A DNA stretch of 54,293 bases from contig NIVC01000078.1 in assembly GCA_002269645.1 (NCBI GenBank), positions 1 to 54,293 of the forward strand, read 5' to 3'. The position numbers and the translations under genes are program-made. The stretch comes from Macrostomum lignano. Taxonomy: Eukaryota. Below the pieces are notes generated by a model. That model was not told where the DNA came from, made no database searches, and saw only the letters and a program-made list of their open reading frames with translations. This document shows, in pieces, positions 27,001 through 42,000 of the stretch (position 1 is its first letter; each line of letters opens with the position of its first letter).

Positions 27001-30000
27001 CTAAAGAAACTGACTGCGTGCAAAATACAAGTGCGCGGAAGCAGAATAACACGCCGTGAGCGTATTGAGCGTATTTTCGAACGCCTGTGCATGCGCGAGA
27101 CTGCTTGGTGTAGTTATTAGAAGGCAACTGCGCCTCTAGCTTAAACCGTGTCTATTTGTCTAAAGAAACTGACTGCGTGCAAAATACAAGTGCGCGGAAG
27201 CAGAATAACACGCCGTGAGCGTATTGAGCGTATTTTCGAACGCCTGTGCATGCGCGAGACTGCTTGGTGTAGTTATTAGAAGGCAACTGCGCCTCTAGCT
27301 TAAACCGTGTCTATTTGTCTAAAGAAACTGACTGCGTGCAAAATACAAGTGCGCGGAAGCAGAATAACACGCCGTGAGCGTGAGCGTATTTTCGAACGCC
27401 TGTGCATGCGCGAGACTGCTTGGTGTAGTTATTAGAAGGCAACTGCGCCTCTAGCTTAAACCGTGTCTATTTGTCTAAAGAAACTGACTGCGTGCAAAAT
27501 ACAAGTGCGCGGAAGCAGAATAACACGCCGTGAGCGTATTGAGCGTATTTTCGAACGCCTGTGCATGCGCGAGACTGCTTGGTGTAGTTATTAGAAGGCA
27601 ACTGCGCCTCTAGCTTAAACCGTGTCTATTTGTCTAAAGAAACTGACTGCGTGCAAAATACAAGTGCGCGGAAGCAGAATAACACGCCGTGAGCGTATTG
27701 AGCGTATTTTCGAACGCCTGTGCATGCGCGAGACTGCTTGGTGTAGTTATTAGAAGGCAACTGCGCCTCTAGCTTAAACCGTGTCTATTTGTCTAAAGAA
27801 ACTGACTGCGTGCAAAATACAAGTGCGCGGAAGCAGAATAACACGCCGTGAGCGTATTGAGCGTATTTTCGAACGCCTGTGCATGCGCGAGACTGCTTGG
27901 TGTAGTTATTAGAAGGCAACTGCGCCTCTAGCTTAAACCGTGTCTATTTGTCTAAAGAAACTGACTGCGTGCAAAATACAAGTGCGCGGAAGCAGAATAA
28001 CACGCCGTGAGCGTATTGAGCGTATTTTCGAACGCCTGTGCATGCGCGAGACTGCTTGGTGTAGTTATTAGAAGGCAACTGCGCCTCTAGCTTAAACCGT
28101 GTCTATTTGTCTAAAGAAACTGACTGCGTGCAAAATACAAGTGCGCGGAAGCAGAATAACACGCCGTGAGCGTATTTTCGAACGCCTGTGCATGCGCGAG
28201 ACTGCTTGGTGTAGTTATTAGAAGGCAACTGCGCCTCTAGCTTAAACCGTGTCTATTTGTCTAAAGAAACTGACTGCGTGCAAAATACAAGTGCGCGGAA
28301 GCAGAATAACACGCCGTGAGCGTATTGAGCGTATTTTCGAACGCCTGTGCATGCGCGAGACTGCTTGGTGTAGTTATTAGAAGGCAACTGCGCCTCTAGC
28401 TTAAACCGTGTCTATTTGTCTAAAGAAACTGACTGCGTGCAAAATACAAGTGCGCGGAAGCAGAATAACACGCCGTGAGCGTATTGAGCGTATTTTCGAA
28501 CGCCTGTGCATGCGCGAGACTGCTTGGTGTAGTTATTAGAAGGCAACTGCGCCTCTAGCTTAAACCGTGTCTATTTGTCTAAAGAAACTGACTGCGTGCA
28601 AAATACAAGTGCGCGGAAGCAGAATAACACGCCGTGAGCGTATTGAGCGTATTTTCGAACGCCTGTGCATGCGCGAGACTGCTTGGTGTAGTTATTAGAA
28701 GGCAACTGCGCCTCTAGCTTAAACCGTGTCTATTTGTCTAAAGAAACTGACTGCGTGCAAAATACAAGTGCGCGGAAGCAGAATAACACGCCGTGAGCGT
28801 ATTGAGCGTATTTTCGAACGCCTGTGCATGCGCGAGACTGCTTGGTGTAGTTATTAGAAGGCAACTGCGCCTCTAGCTTAAACCGTGTCTATTTGTCTAA
28901 AGAAACTGACTGCGTGCAAAATACAAGTGCGCGGAAGCAGAATAACACGCCGTGAGCGTATTGAGCGTATTTTCGAACGCCTGTGCATGCGCGAGACTGC
29001 TTGGTGTAGTTATTAGAAGGCAACTGCGCCTCTAGCTTAAACCGTGTCTATTTGTCTAAAGAAACTGACTGCGTGCAAAATACAAGTGCGCGGAAGCAGA
29101 ATAACACGCCGTGAGCGTATTGAGCGTATTTTCGAACGCCTGTGCATGCGCGAGACTGCTTGGTGTAGTTATTAGAAGGCAACTGCGCCTCTAGCTTAAA
29201 CCGTGTCTATTTGTCTAAAGAAACTGACTGCGTGCAAAATACAAGTGCGCGGAAGCAGAATAACACGCCGTGAGCGTATTGAGCGTATTTTCGAACGCCT
29301 GTGCATGCGCGAGACTGCTTGGTGTAGTTATTAGAAGGCAACTGCGCCTCTAGCTTAAACCGTGTCTATTTGTCTAAAGAAACTGACTGCGTGCAAAATA
29401 CAAGTGCGCGGAAGCAGAATAACACGCCGTGAGCGTATTGAGCGTATTTTCGAACGCCTGTGCATGCGCGAGACTGCTTGGTGTAGTTATTAGAAGGCAA
29501 CTGCGCCTCTAGCTTAAACCGTGTCTATTTGTCTAAAGAAACTGACTGCGTGCAAAATACAAGTGCGCGGAAGCAGAATAACACGCCGTGAGCGTATTGA
29601 GCGTATTTTCGAACGCCTGTGCATGCGCGAGACTGCTTGGTGTAGTTATTAGAAGGCAACTGCGCCTCTAGCTTAAACCGTGTCTATTTGTCTAAAGAAA
29701 CTGACTGCGTGCAAAATACAAGTGCGCGGAAGCAGAATAACACGCCGTGAGCGTATTGAGCGTATTTTCGAACGCCTGTGCATGCGCGAGACTGCTTGGT
29801 GTAGTTATTAGAAGGCAACTGCGCCTCTAGCTTAAACCGTGTCTATTTGTCTAAAGAAACTGACTGCGTGCAAAATACAAGTGCGCGGAAGCAGAATAAC
29901 ACGCCGTGAGCGTATTGAGCGTATTTTCGAACGCCTGTGCATGCGCGAGACTGCTTGGTGTAGTTATTAGAAGGCAACTGCGCCTCTAGCTTAAACCGTG

Positions 30001-33000
30001 TCTATTTGTCTAAAGAAACTGACTGCGTGCAAAATACAAGTGCGCGGAAGCAGAATAACACGCCGTGAGCGTATTGAGCGTATTTTCGAACGCCTGTGCA
30101 TGCGCGAGACTGCTTGGTGTAGTTATTAGAAGGCAACTGCGCCTCTAGCTTAAACCGTGTCTATTTGTCTAAAGAAACTGACTGCGTGCAAAATACAAGT
30201 GCGCGGAAGCAGAATAACACGCCGTGAGCGTATTGAGCGTATTTTCGAACGCCTGTGCATGCGCGAGACTGCTTGGTGTAGTTATTAGAAGGCAACTGCG
30301 CCTCTAGCTTAAACCGTGTCTATTTGTCTAAAGAAACTGACTGCGTGCAAAATACAAGTGCGCGGAAGCAGAATAACACGCCGTGAGCGTATTGAGCGTA
30401 TTTTCGAACGCCTGTGCATGCGCGAGACTGCTTGGTGTAGTTATTAGAAGGCAACTGCGCCTCTAGCTTAAACCGTGTCTATTTGTCTAAAGAAACTGAC
30501 TGCGTGCAAAATACAAGTGCGCGGAAGCAGAATAACACGCCGTGAGCGTATTGAGCGTATTTTCGAACGCCTGTGCATGCGCGAGACTGCTTGGTGTAGT
30601 TATTAGAAGGCAACTGCGCCTCTAGCTTAAACCGTGTCTATTTGTCTAAAGAAACTGACTGCGTGCAAAATACAAGTGCGCGGAAGCAGAATAACACGCC
30701 GTGAGCGTATTGAGCGTATTTTCGAACGCCTGTGCATGCGCGAGACTGCTTGGTGTAGTTATTAGAAGGCAACTGCGCCTCTAGCTTAAACCGTGTCTAT
30801 TTGTCTAAAGAAACTGACTGCGTGCAAAATACAAGTGCGCGGAAGCAGAATAACACGCCGTGAGCGTATTGAGCGTATTTTCGAACGCCTGTGCATGCGC
30901 GAGACTGCTTGGTGTAGTTATTAGAAGGCAACTGCGCCTCTAGCTTAAACCGTGTCTATTTGTCTAAAGAAACTGACTGCGTGCAAAATACAAGTGCGCG
31001 GAAGCAGAATAACACGCCGTGAGCGTATTGAGCGTATTTTCGAACGCCTGTGCATGCGCGAGACTGCTTGGTGTAGTTATTAGAAGGCAACTGCGCCTCT
31101 AGCTTAAACCGTGTCTATTTGTCTAAAGAAACTGACTGCGTGCAAAATACAAGTGCGCGGAAGCAGAATAACACGCCGTGAGCGTATTGAGCGTATTTTC
31201 GAACGCCTGTGCATGCGCGAGACTGCTTGGTGTAGTTATTAGAAGGCAACTGCGCCTCTAGCTTAAACCGTGTCTATTTGTCTAAAGAAACTGACTGCGT
31301 GCAAAATACAAGTGCGCGGAAGCAGAATAACACGCCGTGAGCGTATTGAGCGTATTTTCGAACGCCTGTGCATGCGCGAGACTGCTTGGTGTAGTTATTA
31401 GAAGGCAACTGCGCCTCTAGCTTAAACCGTGTCTATTTGTCTAAAGAAACTGACTGCGTGCAAAATACAAGTGCGCGGAAGCAGAATAACACGCCGTGAG
31501 CGTATTGAGCGTATTTTCGAACGCCTGTGCATGCGCGAGACTGCTTGGTGTAGTTATTAGAAGGCAACTGCGCCTCTAGCTTAAACCGTGTCTATTTGTC
31601 TAAAGAAACTGACTGCGTGCAAAATACAAGTGCGCGGAAGCAGAATAACACGCCGTGAGCGTATTGAGCGTATTTTCGAACGCCTGTGCATGCGCGAGAC
31701 TGCTTGGTGTAGTTATTAGAAGGCAACTGCGCCTCTAGCTTAAACCGTGTCTATTTGTCTAAAGAAACTGACTGCGTGCAAAATACAAGTGCGCGGAAGC
31801 AGAATAACACGCCGTGAGCGTATTGAGCGTATTTTCGAACGCCTGTGCATGCGCGAGACTGCTTGGTGTAGTTATTAGAAGGCAACTGCGCCTCTAGCTT
31901 AAACCGTGTCTATTTGTCTAAAGAAACTGACTGCGTGCAAAATACAAGTGCGCGGAAGCAGAATAACACGCCGTGAGCGTATTGAGCGTATTTTCGAACG
32001 CCTGTGCATGCGCGAGACTGCTTGGTGTAGTTATTAGAAGGCAACTGCGCCTCTAGCTTAAACCGTGTCTATTTGTCTAAAGAAACTGACTGCGTGCAAA
32101 ATACAAGTGCGCGGAAGCAGAATAACACGCCGTGAGCGTATTGAGCGTATTTTCGAACGCCTGTGCATGCGCGAGACTGCTTGGTGTAGTTATTAGAAGG
32201 CAACTGCGCCTCTAGCTTAAACCGTGTCTATTTGTCTAAAGAAACTGACTGCGTGCAAAATACAAGTGCGCGGAAGCAGAATAACACGCCGTGAGCGTAT
32301 TGAGCGTATTTTCGAACGCCTGTGCATGCGCGAGACTGCTTGGTGTAGTTATTAGAAGGCAACTGCGCCTCTAGCTTAAACCGTGTCTATTTGTCTAAAG
32401 AAACTGACTGCGTGCAAAATACAAGTGCGCGGAAGCAGAATAACACGCCGTGAGCGTATTGAGCGTATTTTCGAACGCCTGTGCATGCGCGAGACTGCTT
32501 GGTGTAGTTATTAGAAGGCAACTGCGCCTCTAGCTTAAACCGTGTCTATTTGTCTAAAGAAACTGACTGCGTGCAAAATACAAGTGCGCGGAAGCAGAAT
32601 AACACGCCGTGAGCGTATTGAGCGTATTTTCGAACGCCTGTGCATGCGCGAGACTGCTTGGTGTAGTTATTAGAAGGCAACTGCGCCTCTAGCTTAAACC
32701 GTGTCTATTTGTCTAAAGAAACTGACTGCGTGCAAAATACAAGTGCGCGGAAGCAGAATAACACGCCGTGAGCGTATTGAGCGTATTTTCGAACGCCTGT
32801 GCATGCGCGAGACTGCTTGGTGTAGTTATTAGAAGGCAACTGCGCCTCTAGCTTAAACCGTGTCTATTTGTCTAAAGAAACTGACTGCGTGCAAAATACA
32901 AGTGCGCGGAAGCAGAATAACACGCCGTGAGCGTATTGAGCGTATTTTCGAACGCCTGTGCATGCGCGAGACTGCTTGGTGTAGTTATTAGAAGGCAACT

Positions 33001-36000
33001 GCGCCTCTAGCTTAAACCGTGTCTATTTGTCTAAAGAAACTGACTGCGTGCAAAATACAAGTGCGCGGAAGCAGAATAACACGCCGTGAGCGTATTGAGC
33101 GTATTTTCGAACGCCTGTGCATGCGCGAGACTGCTTGGTGTAGTTATTAGAAGGCAACTGCGCCTCTAGCTTAAACCGTGTCTATTTGTCTAAAGAAACT
33201 GACTGCGTGCAAAATACAAGTGCGCGGAAGCAGAATAACACGCCGTGAGCGTATTGAGCGTATTTTCGAACGCCTGTGCATGCGCGAGACTGCTTGGTGT
33301 AGTTATTAGAAGGCAACTGCGCCTCTAGCTTAAACCGTGTCTATTTGTCTAAAGAAACTGACTGCGTGCAAAATACAAGTGCGCGGAAGCAGAATAACAC
33401 GCCGTGAGCGTATTGAGCGTATTTTCGAACGCCTGTGCATGCGCGAGACTGCTTGGTGTAGTTATTAGAAGGCAACTGCGCCTCTAGCTTAAACCGTGTC
33501 TATTTGTCTAAAGAAACTGACTGCGTGCAAAATACAAGTGCGCGGAAGCAGAATAACACGCCGTGAGCGTATTGAGCGTATTTTCGAACGCCTGTGCATG
33601 CGCGAGACTGCTTGGTGTAGTTATTAGAAGGCAACTGCGCCTCTAGCTTAAACCGTGTCTATTTGTCTAAAGAAACTGACTGCGTGCAAAATACAAGTGC
33701 GCGGAAGCAGAATAACACGCCGTGAGCGTATTGAGCGTATTTTCGAACGCCTGTGCATGCGCGAGACTGCTTGGTGTAGTTATTAGAAGGCAACTGCGCC
33801 TCTAGCTTAAACCGTGTCTATTTGTCTAAAGAAACTGACTGCGTGCAAAATACAAGTGCGCGGAAGCAGAATAACACGCCGTGAGCGTATTGAGCGTATT
33901 TTCGAACGCCTGTGCATGCGCGAGACTGCTTGGTGTAGTTATTAGAAGGCAACTGCGCCTCTAGCTTAAACCGTGTCTATTTGTCTAAAGAAACTGACTG
34001 CGTGCAAAATACAAGTGCGCGGAAGCAGAATAACACGCCGTGAGCGTATTGAGCGTATTTTCGAACGCCTGTGCATGCGCGAGACTGCTTGGTGTAGTTA
34101 TTAGAAGGCAACTGCGCCTCTAGCTTAAACCGTGTCTATTTGTCTAAAGAAACTGACTGCGTGCAAAATACAAGTGCGCGGAAGCAGAATAACACGCCGT
34201 GAGCGTATTGAGCGTATTTTCGAACGCCTGTGCATGCGCGAGACTGCTTGGTGTAGTTATTAGAAGGCAACTGCGCCTCTAGCTTAAACCGTGTCTATTT
34301 GTCTAAAGAAACTGACTGCGTGCAAAATACAAGTGCGCGGAAGCAGAATAACACGCCGTGAGCGTATTGAGCGTATTTTCGAACGCCTGTGCATGCGCGA
34401 GACTGCTTGGTGTAGTTATTAGAAGGCAACTGCGCCTCTAGCTTAAACCGTGTCTATTTGTCTAAAGAAACTGACTGCGTGCAAAATACAAGTGCGCGGA
34501 AGCAGAATAACACGCCGTGAGCGTATTGAGCGTATTTTCGAACGCCTGTGCATGCGCGAGACTGCTTGGTGTAGTTATTAGAAGGCAACTGCGCCTCTAG
34601 CTTAAACCGTGTCTATTTGTCTAAAGAAACTGACTGCGTGCAAAATACAAGTGCGCGGAAGCAGAATAACACGCCGTGAGCGTATTGAGCGTATTTTCGA
34701 ACGCCTGTGCATGCGCGAGACTGCTTGGTGTAGTTATTAGAAGGCAACTGCGCCTCTAGCTTAAACCGTGTCTATTTGTCTAAAGAAACTGACTGCGTGC
34801 AAAATACAAGTGCGCGGAAGCAGAATAACACGCCGTGAGCGTATTGAGCGTATTTTCGAACGCCTGTGCATGCGCGAGACTGCTTGGTGTAGTTATTAGA
34901 AGGCAACTGCGCCTCTAGCTTAAACCGTGTCTATTTGTCTAAAGAAACTGACTGCGTGCAAAATACAAGTGCGCGGAAGCAGAATAACACGCCGTGAGCG
35001 TATTGAGCGTATTTTCGAACGCCTGTGCATGCGCGAGACTGCTTGGTGTAGTTATTAGAAGGCAACTGCGCCTCTAGCTTAAACCGTGTCTATTTGTCTA
35101 AAGAAACTGACTGCGTGCAAAATACAAGTGCGCGGAAGCAGAATAACACGCCGTGAGCGTATTGAGCGTATTTTCGAACGCCTGTGCATGCGCGAGACTG
35201 CTTGGTGTAGTTATTAGAAGGCAACTGCGCCTCTAGCTTAAACCGTGTCTATTTGTCTAAAGAAACTGACTGCGTGCAAAATACAAGTGCGCGGAAGCAG
35301 AATAACACGCCGTGAGCGTATTGAGCGTATTTTCGAACGCCTGTGCATGCGCGAGACTGCTTGGTGTAGTTATTAGAAGGCAACTGCGCCTCTAGCTTAA
35401 ACCGTGTCTATTTGTCTAAAGAAACTGACTGCGTGCAAAATACAAGTGCGCGGAAGCAGAATAACACGCCGTGAGCGTATTGAGCGTATTTTCGAACGCC
35501 TGTGCATGCGCGAGACTGCTTGGTGTAGTTATTAGAAGGCAACTGCGCCTCTAGCTTAAACCGTGTCTATTTGTCTAAAGAAACTGACTGCGTGCAAAAT
35601 ACAAGTGCGCGGAAGCAGAATAACACGCCGTGAGCGTATTGAGCGTATTTTCGAACGCCTGTGCATGCGCGAGACTGCTTGGTGTAGTTATTAGAAGGCA
35701 ACTGCGCCTCTAGCTTAAACCGTGTCTATTTGTCTAAAGAAACTGACTGCGTGCAAAATACAAGTGCGCGGAAGCAGAATAACACGCCGTGAGCGTATTG
35801 AGCGTATTTTCGAACGCCTGTGCATGCGCGAGACTGCTTGGTGTAGTTATTAGAAGGCAACTGCGCCTCTAGCTTAAACCGTGTCTATTTGTCTAAAGAA
35901 ACTGACTGCGTGCAAAATACAAGTGCGCGGAAGCAGAATAACACGCCGTGAGCGTATTGAGCGTATTTTCGAACGCCTGTGCATGCGCGAGACTGCTTGG

Positions 36001-39000
36001 TGTAGTTATTAGAAGGCAACTGCGCCTCTAGCTTAAACCGTGTCTATTTGTCTAAAGAAACTGACTGCGTGCAAAATACAAGTGCGCGGAAGCAGAATAA
36101 CACGCCGTGAGCGTATTGAGCGTATTTTCGAACGCCTGTGCATGCGCGAGACTGCTTGGTGTAGTTATTAGAAGGCAACTGCGCCTCTAGCTTAAACCGT
36201 GTCTATTTGTCTAAAGAAACTGACTGCGTGCAAAATACAAGTGCGCGGAAGCAGAATAACACGCCGTGAGCGTATTGAGCGTATTTTCGAACGCCTGTGC
36301 ATGCGCGAGACTGCTTGGTGTAGTTATTAGAAGGCAACTGCGCCTCTAGCTTAAACCGTGTCTATTTGTCTAAAGAAACTGACTGCGTGCAAAATACAAG
36401 TGCGCGGAAGCAGAATAACACGCCGTGAGCGTATTGAGCGTATTTTCGAACGCCTGTGCATGCGCGAGACTGCTTGGTGTAGTTATTAGAAGGCAACTGC
36501 GCCTCTAGCTTAAACCGTGTCTATTTGTCTAAAGAAACTGACTGCGTGCAAAATACAAGTGCGCGGAAGCAGAATAACACGCCGTGAGCGTATTGAGCGT
36601 ATTTTCGAACGCCTGTGCATGCGCGAGACTGCTTGGTGTAGTTATTAGAAGGCAACTGCGCCTCTAGCTTAAACCGTGTCTATTTGTCTAAAGAAACTGA
36701 CTGCGTGCAAAATACAAGTGCGCGGAAGCAGAATAACACGCCGTGAGCGTATTGAGCGTATTTTCGAACGCCTGTGCATGCGCGAGACTGCTTGGTGTAG
36801 TTATTAGAAGGCAACTGCGCCTCTAGCTTAAACCGTGTCTATTTGTCTAAAGAAACTGACTGCGTGCAAAATACAAGTGCGCGGAAGCAGAATAACACGC
36901 CGTGAGCGTATTGAGCGTATTTTCGAACGCCTGTGCATGCGCGAGACTGCTTGGTGTAGTTATTAGAAGGCAACTGCGCCTCTAGCTTAAACCGTGTCTA
37001 TTTGTCTAAAGAAACTGACTGCGTGCAAAATACAAGTGCGCGGAAGCAGAATAACACGCCGTGAGCGTATTGAGCGTATTTTCGAACGCCTGTGCATGCG
37101 CGAGACTGCTTGGTGTAGTTATTAGAAGGCAACTGCGCCTCTAGCTTAAACCGTGTCTATTTGTCTAAAGAAACTGACTGCGTGCAAAATACAAGTGCGC
37201 GGAAGCAGAATAACACGCCGTGAGCGTATTGAGCGTATTTTCGAACGCCTGTGCATGCGCGAGACTGCTTGGTGTAGTTATTAGAAGGCAACTGCGCCTC
37301 TAGCTTAAACCGTGTCTATTTGTCTAAAGAAACTGACTGCGTGCAAAATACAAGTGCGCGGAAGCAGAATAACACGCCGTGAGCGTATTGAGCGTATTTT
37401 CGAACGCCTGTGCATGCGCGAGACTGCTTGGTGTAGTTATTAGAAGGCAACTGCGCCTCTAGCTTAAACCGTGTCTATTTGTCTAAAGAAACTGACTGCG
37501 TGCAAAATACAAGTGCGCGGAAGCAGAATAACACGCCGTGAGCGTATTGAGCGTATTTTCGAACGCCTGTGCATGCGCGAGACTGCTTGGTGTAGTTATT
37601 AGAAGGCAACTGCGCCTCTAGCTTAAACCGTGTCTATTTGTCTAAAGAAACTGACTGCGTGCAAAATACAAGTGCGCGGAAGCAGAATAACACGCCGTGA
37701 GCGTATTGAGCGTATTTTCGAACGCCTGTGCATGCGCGAGACTGCTTGGTGTAGTTATTAGAAGGCAACTGCGCCTCTAGCTTAAACCGTGTCTATTTGT
37801 CTAAAGAAACTGACTGCGTGCAAAATACAAGTGCGCGGAAGCAGAATAACACGCCGTGAGCGTATTGAGCGTATTTTCGAACGCCTGTGCATGCGCGAGA
37901 CTGCTTGGTGTAGTTATTAGAAGGCAACTGCGCCTCTAGCTTAAACCGTGTCTATTTGTCTAAAGAAACTGACTGCGTGCAAAATACAAGTGCGCGGAAG
38001 CAGAATAACACGCCGTGAGCGTATTGAGCGTATTTTCGAACGCCTGTGCATGCGCGAGACTGCTTGGTGTAGTTATTAGAAGGCAACTGCGCCTCTAGCT
38101 TAAACCGTGTCTATTTGTCTAAAGAAACTGACTGCGTGCAAAATACAAGTGCGCGGAAGCAGAATAACACGCCGTGAGCGTATTGAGCGTATTTTCGAAC
38201 GCCTGTGCATGCGCGAGACTGCTTGGTGTAGTTATTAGAAGGCAACTGCGCCTCTAGCTTAAACCGTGTCTATTTGTCTAAAGAAACTGACTGCGTGCAA
38301 AATACAAGTGCGCGGAAGCAGAATAACACGCCGTGAGCGTATTGAGCGTATTTTCGAACGCCTGTGCATGCGCGAGACTGCTTGGTGTAGTTATTAGAAG
38401 GCAACTGCGCCTCTAGCTTAAACCGTGTCTATTTGTCTAAAGAAACTGACTGCGTGCAAAATACAAGTGCGCGGAAGCAGAATAACACGCCGTGAGCGTA
38501 TTGAGCGTATTTTCGAACGCCTGTGCATGCGCGAGACTGCTTGGTGTAGTTATTAGAAGGCAACTGCGCCTCTAGCTTAAACCGTGTCTATTTGTCTAAA
38601 GAAACTGACTGCGTGCAAAATACAAGTGCGCGGAAGCAGAATAACACGCCGTGAGCGTATTGAGCGTATTTTCGAACGCCTGTGCATGCGCGAGACTGCT
38701 TGGTGTAGTTATTAGAAGGCAACTGCGCCTCTAGCTTAAACCGTGTCTATTTGTCTAAAGAAACTGACTGCGTGCAAAATACAAGTGCGCGGAAGCAGAA
38801 TAACACGCCGTGAGCGTATTGAGCGTATTTTCGAACGCCTGTGCATGCGCGAGACTGCTTGGTGTAGTTATTAGAAGGCAACTGCGCCTCTAGCTTAAAC
38901 CGTGTCTATTTGTCTAAAGAAACTGACTGCGTGCAAAATACAAGTGCGCGGAAGCAGAATAACACGCCGTGAGCGTATTGAGCGTATTTTCGAACGCCTG

Positions 39001-42000
39001 TGCATGCGCGAGACTGCTTGGTGTAGTTATTAGAAGGCAACTGCGCCTCTAGCTTAAACCGTGTCTATTTGTCTAAAGAAACTGACTGCGTGCAAAATAC
39101 AAGTGCGCGGAAGCAGAATAACACGCCGTGAGCGTATTGAGCGTATTTTCGAACGCCTGTGCATGCGCGAGACTGCTTGGTGTAGTTATTAGAAGGCAAC
39201 TGCGCCTCTAGCTTAAACCGTGTCTATTTGTCTAAAGAAACTGACTGCGTGCAAAATACAAGTGCGCGGAAGCAGAATAACACGCCGTGAGCGTATTGAG
39301 CGTATTTTCGAACGCCTGTGCATGCGCGAGACTGCTTGGTGTAGTTATTAGAAGGCAACTGCGCCTCTAGCTTAAACCGTGTCTATTTGTCTAAAGAAAC
39401 TGACTGCGTGCAAAATACAAGTGCGCGGAAGCAGAATAACACGCCGTGAGCGTATTGAGCGTATTTTCGAACGCCTGTGCATGCGCGAGACTGCTTGGTG
39501 TAGTTATTAGAAGGCAACTGCGCCTCTAGCTTAAACCGTGTCTATTTGTCTAAAGAAACTGACTGCGTGCAAAATACAAGTGCGCGGAAGCAGAATAACA
39601 CGCCGTGAGCGTATTGAGCGTATTTTCGAACGCCTGTGCATGCGCGAGACTGCTTGGTGTAGTTATTAGAAGGCAACTGCGCCTCTAGCTTAAACCGTGT
39701 CTATTTGTCTAAAGAAACTGACTGCGTGCAAAATACAAGTGCGCGGAAGCAGAATAACACGCCGTGAGCGTATTGAGCGTATTTTCGAACGCCTGTGCAT
39801 GCGCGAGACTGCTTGGTGTAGTTATTAGAAGGCAACTGCGCCTCTAGCTTAAACCGTGTCTATTTGTCTAAAGAAACTGACTGCGTGCAAAATACAAGTG
39901 CGCGGAAGCAGAATAACACGCCGTGAGCGTATTGAGCGTATTTTCGAACGCCTGTGCATGCGCGAGACTGCTTGGTGTAGTTATTAGAAGGCAACTGCGC
40001 CTCTAGCTTAAACCGTGTCTATTTGTCTAAAGAAACTGACTGCGTGCAAAATACAAGTGCGCGGAAGCAGAATAACACGCCGTGAGCGTATTGAGCGTAT
40101 TTTCGAACGCCTGTGCATGCGCGAGACTGCTTGGTGTAGTTATTAGAAGGCAACTGCGCCTCTAGCTTAAACCGTGTCTATTTGTCTAAAGAAACTGACT
40201 GCGTGCAAAATACAAGTGCGCGGAAGCAGAATAACACGCCGTGAGCGTATTGAGCGTATTTTCGAACGCCTGTGCATGCGCGAGACTGCTTGGTGTAGTT
40301 ATTAGAAGGCAACTGCGCCTCTAGCTTAAACCGTGTCTATTTGTCTAAAGAAACTGACTGCGTGCAAAATACAAGTGCGCGGAAGCAGAATAACACGCCG
40401 TGAGCGTATTGAGCGTATTTTCGAACGCCTGTGCATGCGCGAGACTGCTTGGTGTAGTTATTAGAAGGCAACTGCGCCTCTAGCTTAAACCGTGTCTATT
40501 TGTCTAAAGAAACTGACTGCGTGCAAAATACAAGTGCGCGGAAGCAGAATAACACGCCGTGAGCGTATTGAGCGTATTTTCGAACGCCTGTGCATGCGCG
40601 AGACTGCTTGGTGTAGTTATTAGAAGGCAACTGCGCCTCTAGCTTAAACCGTGTCTATTTGTCTAAAGAAACTGACTGCGTGCAAAATACAAGTGCGCGG
40701 AAGCAGAATAACACGCCGTGAGCGTATTGAGCGTATTTTCGAACGCCTGTGCATGCGCGAGACTGCTTGGTGTAGTTATTAGAAGGCAACTGCGCCTCTA
40801 GCTTAAACCGTGTCTATTTGTCTAAAGAAACTGACTGCGTGCAAAATACAAGTGCGCGGAAGCAGAATAACACGCCGTGAGCGTATTTTCGAACGCCTGT
40901 GCATGCGCGAGACTGCTTGGTGTAGTTATTAGAAGGCAACTGCGCCTCTAGCTTAAACCGTGTCTATTTGTCTAAAGAAACTGACTGCGTGCAAAATACA
41001 AGTGCGCGGAAGCAGAATAACACGCCGTGAGCGTATTGAGCGTATTTTCGAACGCCTGTGCATGCGCGAGACTGCTTGGTGTAGTTATTAGAAGGCAACT
41101 GCGCCTCTAGCTTAAACCGTGTCTATTTGTCTAAAGAAACTGACTGCGTGCAAAATACAAGTGCGCGGAAGCAGAATAACACGCCGTGAGCGTATTGAGC
41201 GTATTTTCGAACGCCTGTGCATGCGCGAGACTGCTTGGTGTAGTTATTAGAAGGCAACTGCGCCTCTAGCTTAAACCGTGTCTATTTGTCTAAAGAAACT
41301 GACTGCGTGCAAAATACAAGTGCGCGGAAGCAGAATAACACGCCGTGAGCGTATTGAGCGTATTTTCGAACGCCTGTGCATGCGCGAGACTGCTTGGTGT
41401 AGTTATTAGAAGGCAACTGCGCCTCTAGCTTAAACCGTGTCTATTTGTCTAAAGAAACTGACTGCGTGCAAAATACAAGTGCGCGGAAGCAGAATAACAC
41501 GCCGTGAGCGTATTGAGCGTATTTTCGAACGCCTGTGCATGCGCGAGACTGCTTGGTGTAGTTATTAGAAGGCAACTGCGCCTCTAGCTTAAACCGTGTC
41601 TATTTGTCTAAAGAAACTGACTGCGTGCAAAATACAAGTGCGCGGAAGCAGAATAACACGCCGTGAGCGTATTGAGCGTATTTTCGAACGCCTGTGCATG
41701 CGCGAGACTGCTTGGTGTAGTTATTAGAAGGCAACTGCGCCTCTAGCTTAAACCGTGTCTATTTGTCTAAAGAAACTGACTGCGTGCAAAATACAAGTGC
41801 GCGGAAGCAGAATAACACGCCGTGAGCGTATTGAGCGTATTTTCGAACGCCTGTGCATGCGCGAGACTGCTTGGTGTAGTTATTAGAAGGCAACTGCGCC
41901 TCTAGCTTAAACCGTGTCTATTTGTCTAAAGAAACTGACTGCGTGCAAAATACAAGTGCGCGGAAGCAGAATAACACGCCGTGAGCGTATTGAGCGTATT

